Below are positions 58,001 to 64,000 of a DNA stretch of 64,000 nt, piece after piece. Below the pieces are notes generated by a model. It had not been told where the DNA came from, made no database searches, and worked only from the letters and a program-made list of their open reading frames with translations. The DNA is from Podarcis liolepis (taxonomy: Eukaryota). The translations under genes and the position numbers were made by a program. Every line of letters begins with the position of its first letter. The stretch's first letter is position 1. The stretch lies in the NCBI GenBank assembly GCA_965112155.1, contig OZ218099.1; one strand, written 5' to 3'.

Positions 58001-61000
58001 TGGCGAGTGGAGGAAACAGATTGGAACTTCAAAGGTTGCAGCCATGGCAGGTCTGTCCTCTCCCCTGTTTTGTAAATACCTTCTGGAATCCGTTTCAGAT
58101 TTTATATTCTTTGTAGTTTACTTCATTGTTATTGTTAAATATGCTTAGATTTCCTATGCCCTGTCTTTAGTAGGACATGTTAATAAGTTTTTTTTAATTA
58201 TTCATCTATTTTTGTGGTCCTAAGATACTTTGAAAATTGATTAAAATTATTTTAAAAAAAGATAATTTGGGAAAGTTAGGGGGAATCTTTCAAAGCACAA
58301 AATAAGCTATGAAAAATTGTTAAGGAGCATTCTCTTACATAAAGCTTAATTAATTAATTACTATATTTAGTTCATATATTGCTTGACTCCTGAAGAAACC
58401 CTCAAAGCACTTTACAAAAACATTAAAATAAAAGAAATCACTAAAGAAAACCCTTATTTAAAACATAGAAAGTTGAAATCACAATAGCATAGGTTAAAGC
58501 CAATTAAAAGGCATGTTAGCTTTCTACAGTTGCCAAGTGCTTGCTAGGATGTGTCCTCTATATGTGTTTATTTGAGTCTTATGTCCTGTGAATTCATAAC
58601 CTGATAAAGGACCAGTTGTAATGACCAAAAGGTTGTTATCTTTAGCTGACACGAGGCCTCGATGTCCTTGATTTAGGACCATTCTCTCAAAACTGGTAAG
58701 ATGTCTGGAATCTTACTCAATTATCTAAGAAAAACAAGACTACGCCCCACAAAATATCCAAAGTCATGAAAAGCTTTGCTCAATAAAATACCCACATACT
58801 CATTTTCTCACAAAATCCAGATATCATGTTTTATAAAGCTGGTGTTTTCTCTGCCATTCTAGCTTCACACTTTCTTGAAAGAAATTTGGCTTTCCAATTC
58901 ATCCATAGGAGGGATGTATTCTGATCAGAATGGGGAGCTGACTGCCAACTTTGATATCGTGAACTGGGTCGTATTTCCCAATAGCTCTCACAGCAGAAGG
59001 AAAGTTGGGAGCATCGAGGAACAGGCATCCTCCGGCATAAAATTCTCCATTAAACCAGAAGCCATTGTGTGGCCTGGGAAATTCAGCAAGGTCATTGCAT
59101 TCATTCATTTATCTGTTTATTTATTGTACAGTGGTACCTCAGATTACATATGCTTCAGGTTACATATGCTTCAGGTTACAGACTCTGCTAACCCAGAAAT
59201 ATTACCTCGGGTTATGAACTTTGCTTCATGATGAGAACATAAATCATGCTCCGGCGGCACGGCGGCAGCGGGAGACCCCACTAGCTAAAGTGGTGCTTCA
59301 GGTTAAGAACAGTTTCAGGTTAAGTACGGACCTGCGGAACGAATTAAGTACTTAACCTGAGGTACCATTGTATTTATATCCCACCTTCTCTCTATGGAGC
59401 TTCATGGCTACCTGGAAATTTGAACCTTAGTCTGCTGGGTTCTCTTAAACCCCTCTAACCACTATGGCACAACCGGCTCTGGTTCCCTTGCTGTGACATC
59501 TGTTAAGTTCTGATAATTTGCTGATAGGTGCCATTTTCAGTTTAACCCTAAGTGGGCCTTGTGCAGAGAGAGACCCACTCCTGGTTGTATACACAGCTGC
59601 TGTTTTCCCTCTCTGTTTTGCATAGCAAATCAGATGGAGAGGGGCAAAGAGAGGAGAGGCTGCTCTTAAGCTTGCATTTTCATCTATCCCTCTGAGTGGA
59701 TGAACAAGGACATCAATGGGCCCAAAGTTGGCAGTGTGGGCCTAGCTGCCATGTGGGCTTTTTCAGCTGCCCAATAAAAGCACAATAATACGCTTCATAG
59801 TGTATGGCTGCCGTTCCTCCGGGTTCTCATGGACACATCCGGGAATAGGCTGCAGAAATGGCTCCCAGACACAGCTTTTTGCTGAAACAGCAAAATGCCA
59901 TGGAAAACCCAAACGTATGACAAGAAGAGTGATTTTTAAAAATAATGATTAAAAATTCAAAGAAAAGCCAAAAAAACATTTAGAAAGGGAAAAAATAAAG
60001 CTCAACAACTTTGTCCGAAATATGGCAACCTTTTCACAGTGACAAAAAAAGAACAATAAATCTCAAAAGGCCATAGTTTGTTTAATCCTTTGTGTTCAAC
60101 AATTAAAAATGAAACTTTATGTCAGAAAGAAAATGAATTCTCCACAGTTCTACCAAATTTTTAAGGGTCTCACTCCCATTTTAAAGCTTTCTAACCTGGT
60201 CTCAGTATTCTAAAAATGATTTTTATTTGAGCGTATTTTTAGTCAGAGCCTTCAGATGATGTCTGTGCTTTATGTTGATCTTCTTGGATGCTCCTTTTCT
60301 TAGTTTTTAGGTTGTGCCTCGTTCAAGATGCACCGAAATCTGTCGCCCTGGATATGCCAGAGTGGCTAAAGAAGGGGAGCCCATTTGCTGCTATGATTGT
60401 GCTCCTTGTGCAGAAGGGACAATCTCCATTCAGGAAGGTGGGTGACTCCAGAAGAAAGGGAGAGGCAAGATTTCAGGGGGCTCCAGGGGGTCACCCAGGG
60501 TTCGTGCTCCTTTGGATAATTGAAGACTAAGGGGAGACTGCTGTATCTTTAAGAAATATGATTTATTTGCTTATTTACACCTTCAGTCTGCATGGAGGAA
60601 GTTCAGATCTTACCACATGATGAAGAGCGACTTGTTTACCACAGCAGTGCAGCACTTCAGTGGAAGAAATCTCTCCCAATCAATCTTCAGCCAGCCTAGC
60701 CAACAAGGCAGCCTTGTTTTCTGCCTTATTCTTCCCAGCACACCATGCTAAAGACTGTATTTTCCTGACACCTCAAACGCACACCCCATCACCATGGCAA
60801 CCTCTGTCAGAAAACAGACAGGTATGGATGTAAGAATTTTGTTAGTCATTCTGAAGTCATTCTTCTTCTCTTCAGATGCAAAGATTTGCACCAGATGCCC
60901 AGAAGATCATCATGCAAATCAAGCGCGAGACAAATGTGTCCCCAAGACAATAACATTTCTCACTTATGAAGAACCCTTGGGGATTGTGCTGGTTTCTTTT

Positions 61001-61789
61001 GCTCTCTTCTTGTCCTTGACCACTGGCATTGTGAAAGGAATCTTCGTTAAATACAAGGAAACTCCCATAGTCAAAGCTAACAATCGGGATTTATCCTATA
61101 TACTCCTCAGCTCCCTCCTGCTTTCCTTTTTGTCCTCCTTCCTGTTCATCGGCCGGCCAAGGAAAGTGACCTGCCTTCTCCGACAAACAGCCTTCAGCAT
61201 CATCTTCTCAGTTGCTGTCTCTTCTGTTTTGGCTAAAACCATCACTGTGGTGCTGGCCTTCCTGGCCACAAAGCCAGGGAACAAGGTGAGGAGATGGCTG
61301 GGGAAGAGTTTGGCCAACTCCATTGTCCTTTCCTGTTCCGGTATCCAAATTGTCATCTGCAGCATCTGGCTGGAAATCTCCCCACCCTTCCCAGACTCCG
61401 ACATGCACTCCCAAGCTAGAGAGATCATCCTTCTATGCAATGAGGGATCTGTTGCCATGTTCTACACTGTCCTTGGCTACATGGGCTTCCTGGCTGCCAT
61501 CTGCTTCACTGTGGCTTTTCTAGCCAGAAAGCTTCCCGGGTCCTTCAATGAAGCCAAGCTGATCACCTTCAGCATGCTGGTCTTCTGCAGTGTTTGGGTG
61601 TCTTTTGTTCCCACCTACCTGAGCACAAAAGGGAAGTTCATGGTTGCTGTGCAGGTCTTCTCTATGTTGGCCTCCAGTGCTGGCCTTCTGGGCTGCATCT
61701 TCCTTCCCAAGTGCTACATTATCATCCTCAGGCCTGATCTGAACACAAAGGCACATCTAACTACAAAAAGTGAAGGTGGTAGTGTCTGA
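54859..61789 (+). CDS. V2R: V2R gene E, intact (858 aa), inverted copy
   Basis: Exons 54859-55070, 55969-56239, 57226-58050, 58863-59090, 60311-60437, 60876-61789; all GT-AG, open. Confidence 0.93.
55969..56239 (+). CDS. V2R: V2R-E exon 2
   Basis: tttgcag|T TTT TCA...ATG CCG CAG|gtagga. Confidence 0.88.
57226..58050 (+). CDS. V2R: V2R-E exon 3
   Basis: 825 bp open. Confidence 0.9.
58863..59090 (+). CDS. V2R: V2R-E exon 4
   Basis: 228 bp open. Confidence 0.9.
59129..59370. mobile_element. Same MITE insertion in V2R-E intron 4
   Basis: TIRs and TA duplication; same position as in A. Confidence 0.9.
60311..60437 (+). CDS. V2R: V2R-E exon 5
   Basis: CCYDCAPC, 127 bp. Confidence 0.9.
60876..61789 (+). 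CDS. V2R: V2R-E exon 6 (7TM)
   Basis: 914 bp open to TGA. Confidence 0.92.
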
Positions 61790-61858
61790 TTCTTAGCTTC
61801 TTTGAAGATTTTTGGCTTCACATAAAATACAATGTTGTTAACGTGGACCAAACATTGC

Positions 61859-62544
61859 TGTCAGGATGCTGTCAGCAGCTTCCAGCTGGTTGCCCAAGAA
61901 AGCATAAAGACTTTGGTCATCTTGGTCTTCCTTTCAAAGCACAGTACCAACCACTCTGTCAAAGGCGTCTCTTTATTTGACCAACACCCTGTGGGGGTCT
62001 GCATGAGCTAGGTACACCTCTGAGGAGAACAAGGTTTTGAGATGCTCAAATGCCTGTTATGCCTCAGCTGTCAACTGGAATGGCTTCTTGCCCCATCAAG
62101 CAATCCGTGAGGGGTGTAGTGAATAGGCTGACATGAACTTGCGGTAATATTTGGCCAATGCTACAAACCTCTGCAGGTCTTTCTTTGTCTTGGGCTTCTG
62201 CCGCCAAACTACGCTCTGCACCTTAGCTGGATCCATATGCACCCCCTAGTTGTGAGGTGATACCCCAGGAAATCTTTGCGAATTCTGCATTTTGTAGATT
62301 TATTGTGCTGGTTTATTGTTCTATATGTGATCTTAACAATAAATTTTGTTGTAAAAGCCATTGAAATGGTTCTTCTCGGTTATCAGTGTTGGCTGGCTGC
62401 CCCGTGGCTCCTGCTACACCATCTGTCATGATTTATGACCTAACCGCCAATTAAAGTTGACTCGGGAAAATTTGTCAGGATGCTGTCAACAGCTTCTGGC
62501 TGGTTGCCCAGGAAAGCATAAAGACAAGGAAAGGTTTCTTACCG
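61859..62544 (-). mobile_element. Ty3/Gypsy remnant downstream of V2R-E
   Basis: Reverse complement of the 13380-14068 type segment. Confidence 0.85.
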
Positions 62545-64000
62545 GACTTCCGGGTTAGCGCCTCCGGCAATGGCGGAATTCCTCTGATCGGGAGGAACCC
62601 GCTCCGTGGAAATCAGGGTCTGGCCGCCGCGGCGAAGGCGGAGACCCACTAAAAACCACAGGCAGGAGAAGCCTGTGGACCTGGGATTCGGCTGGCATTA
62701 GCGCCTCCCCTACTCACGGGGAAACCCGGTTTCGGGGATCCGGAGCGACGTGGGGTGAGTGGCGCAGTGCTTCAAATCGACTGCTTCTTTCACGGAGTGA
62801 AGCCGCATTGCTGTTGCCGGAGAGCGCTGACTTTTTCCTGTGGGCAATTGGACTTTAAACAACTACCCGTGAGTAGAACGGAAAATTGGATCTTTAAACA
62901 TCGTAATTTGGCACCGAAACGGAAAGGTTTCAAACAGGAAGTCCGCCTTCCTATTTTGTAAATAAATTGAAGCAAAGATGCTGCAAGCTAAAGTCCTGGA
63001 AAGTCTTTTGTAAAGGAGTAAATTTCCATCGGTTAAAATTATTAAACCCCCCTTGGAAGCAGGGGAAGAGGGGGGAAATCTTGGACCTAGCAAGCCTGCA
63101 GGAGAGAGTGATGAAAATCAAATTACCACCACTCTGAACCTGGAAACGGGCTGCCAGTAAGATTGATGTTTTGGGAGAGTTCATTGACTGTGAACAGAAC
63201 GTATGTTGACAGCTGGTTAAATAGGAGAAATATATTGTTTCCATTGTCCTCTTCTGCGGTTAAAAAGGAGGAAAAGTAACTGAAAATTGAAACTAATTTT
63301 ATTGTTTAAACTGTGTTTGAAAGGATTGATGCAAGTGGAGACTGTTTCCCTCTAGAGGGAGCTTTTGAAACTGTTACAAGAGTGGAGCTGGGGAATCTCC
63401 AGCTGTAAGATAAGAAGTTGTGAGAATCAGGGATTGACCTTGGACCATTTAAGAATGTTGACAGAAGAAGTTTTGGTGACTGTACTATGTTAGATAAGCT
63501 ACTCACTGGAACAGCTCCACAAGAAGACGGATGTTATGACTACTAAAATTGATAACTTGGGACAAAAAGTGATTAGTTTGGGACAAAAAGTGAACACCAA
63601 CACAGAAATTATTCAGGATTTGACACAGGAATTTATTTCGACAGGACAAATTGGGGAGAAGACGAAGGAGAAAGTGGTTGTTGTTGAACCTAAAATAATA
63701 CAAGTGGGAGCACCAGCTTTACAGAGGCAAATGGAGGACTATAAGTTGAGGCCTGTTATGATTGAATATAGAAAAAGTCAGCCTTTGAGAATCAGAGCCC
63801 TGCTTGGGCTGGAGAAGGAAAGTTGGATAGATCCCTTTATGCAGGGATTTATTGACTGTTGGGACCTGGATTTGGGCCAGGAGGTGATTGGGGTTGTGGG
63901 GGCCTTTGGAGTTGGAGGAATTTTGAAACATGTCCTGAAATATTATATGGACCTTAGTTTTAACTATGGAGAGCTGGCTGATCTGTCGAGAAGGAATAAA
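62544..64000 (+). mobile_element. 5' end of an L1-clade LINE: CpG-rich 5'UTR and ORF1-like frame
   Basis: Starts ggacttccgggttagcgcc...aatggcgg; CpG-dense about 62545-62830; frame from ATG 63536 open to the window end, with heptad-like repeats (IDNLGQKVISLGQKV) and LRIRAL. Confidence 0.7.

Overview
Vertebrate genomic DNA, not prokaryotic. The TE repertoire (CR1 with (ATTCTATG)n tail, L2, L1, Penelope-type ends, hAT/Tc1-mariner MITEs) and receptor style point to a squamate reptile, probably a lacertid lizard (inference). The window is a tandem cluster of vomeronasal type-2 receptor (V2R, class C GPCR) genes, each with the six-exon architecture (exons of 212, 271, 795-825, 228, 127 and 914 bp). 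Four copies lie on the minus strand: A (8523-859), B (22822-14103), C (34430-26956) and D (50519-41437). One inverted copy, E (54859-61789), is on the plus strand. An orphan 7TM exon 6 (51532-52394) sits at the inversion junction between D and E. C, D and E look intact. A has a 5-bp frameshift in exon 6 and B has a GT>AT exon-1 donor mutation. Every gene was duplicated together with an antisense Gypsy LTR remnant just past its stop codon. Most notable observations: (1) mutually incompatible shared markers among paralogs, implying gene-conversion or unequal-crossover shuffling; (2) two different LINE clades occupying the same intron-5 site; (3) a microhomology-joined orphan 7TM exon, plus intron-5 ATGs that could yield 'headless' receptors; (4) a conserved upstream motif module. 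I found no convincing new biological system beyond these hypotheses.
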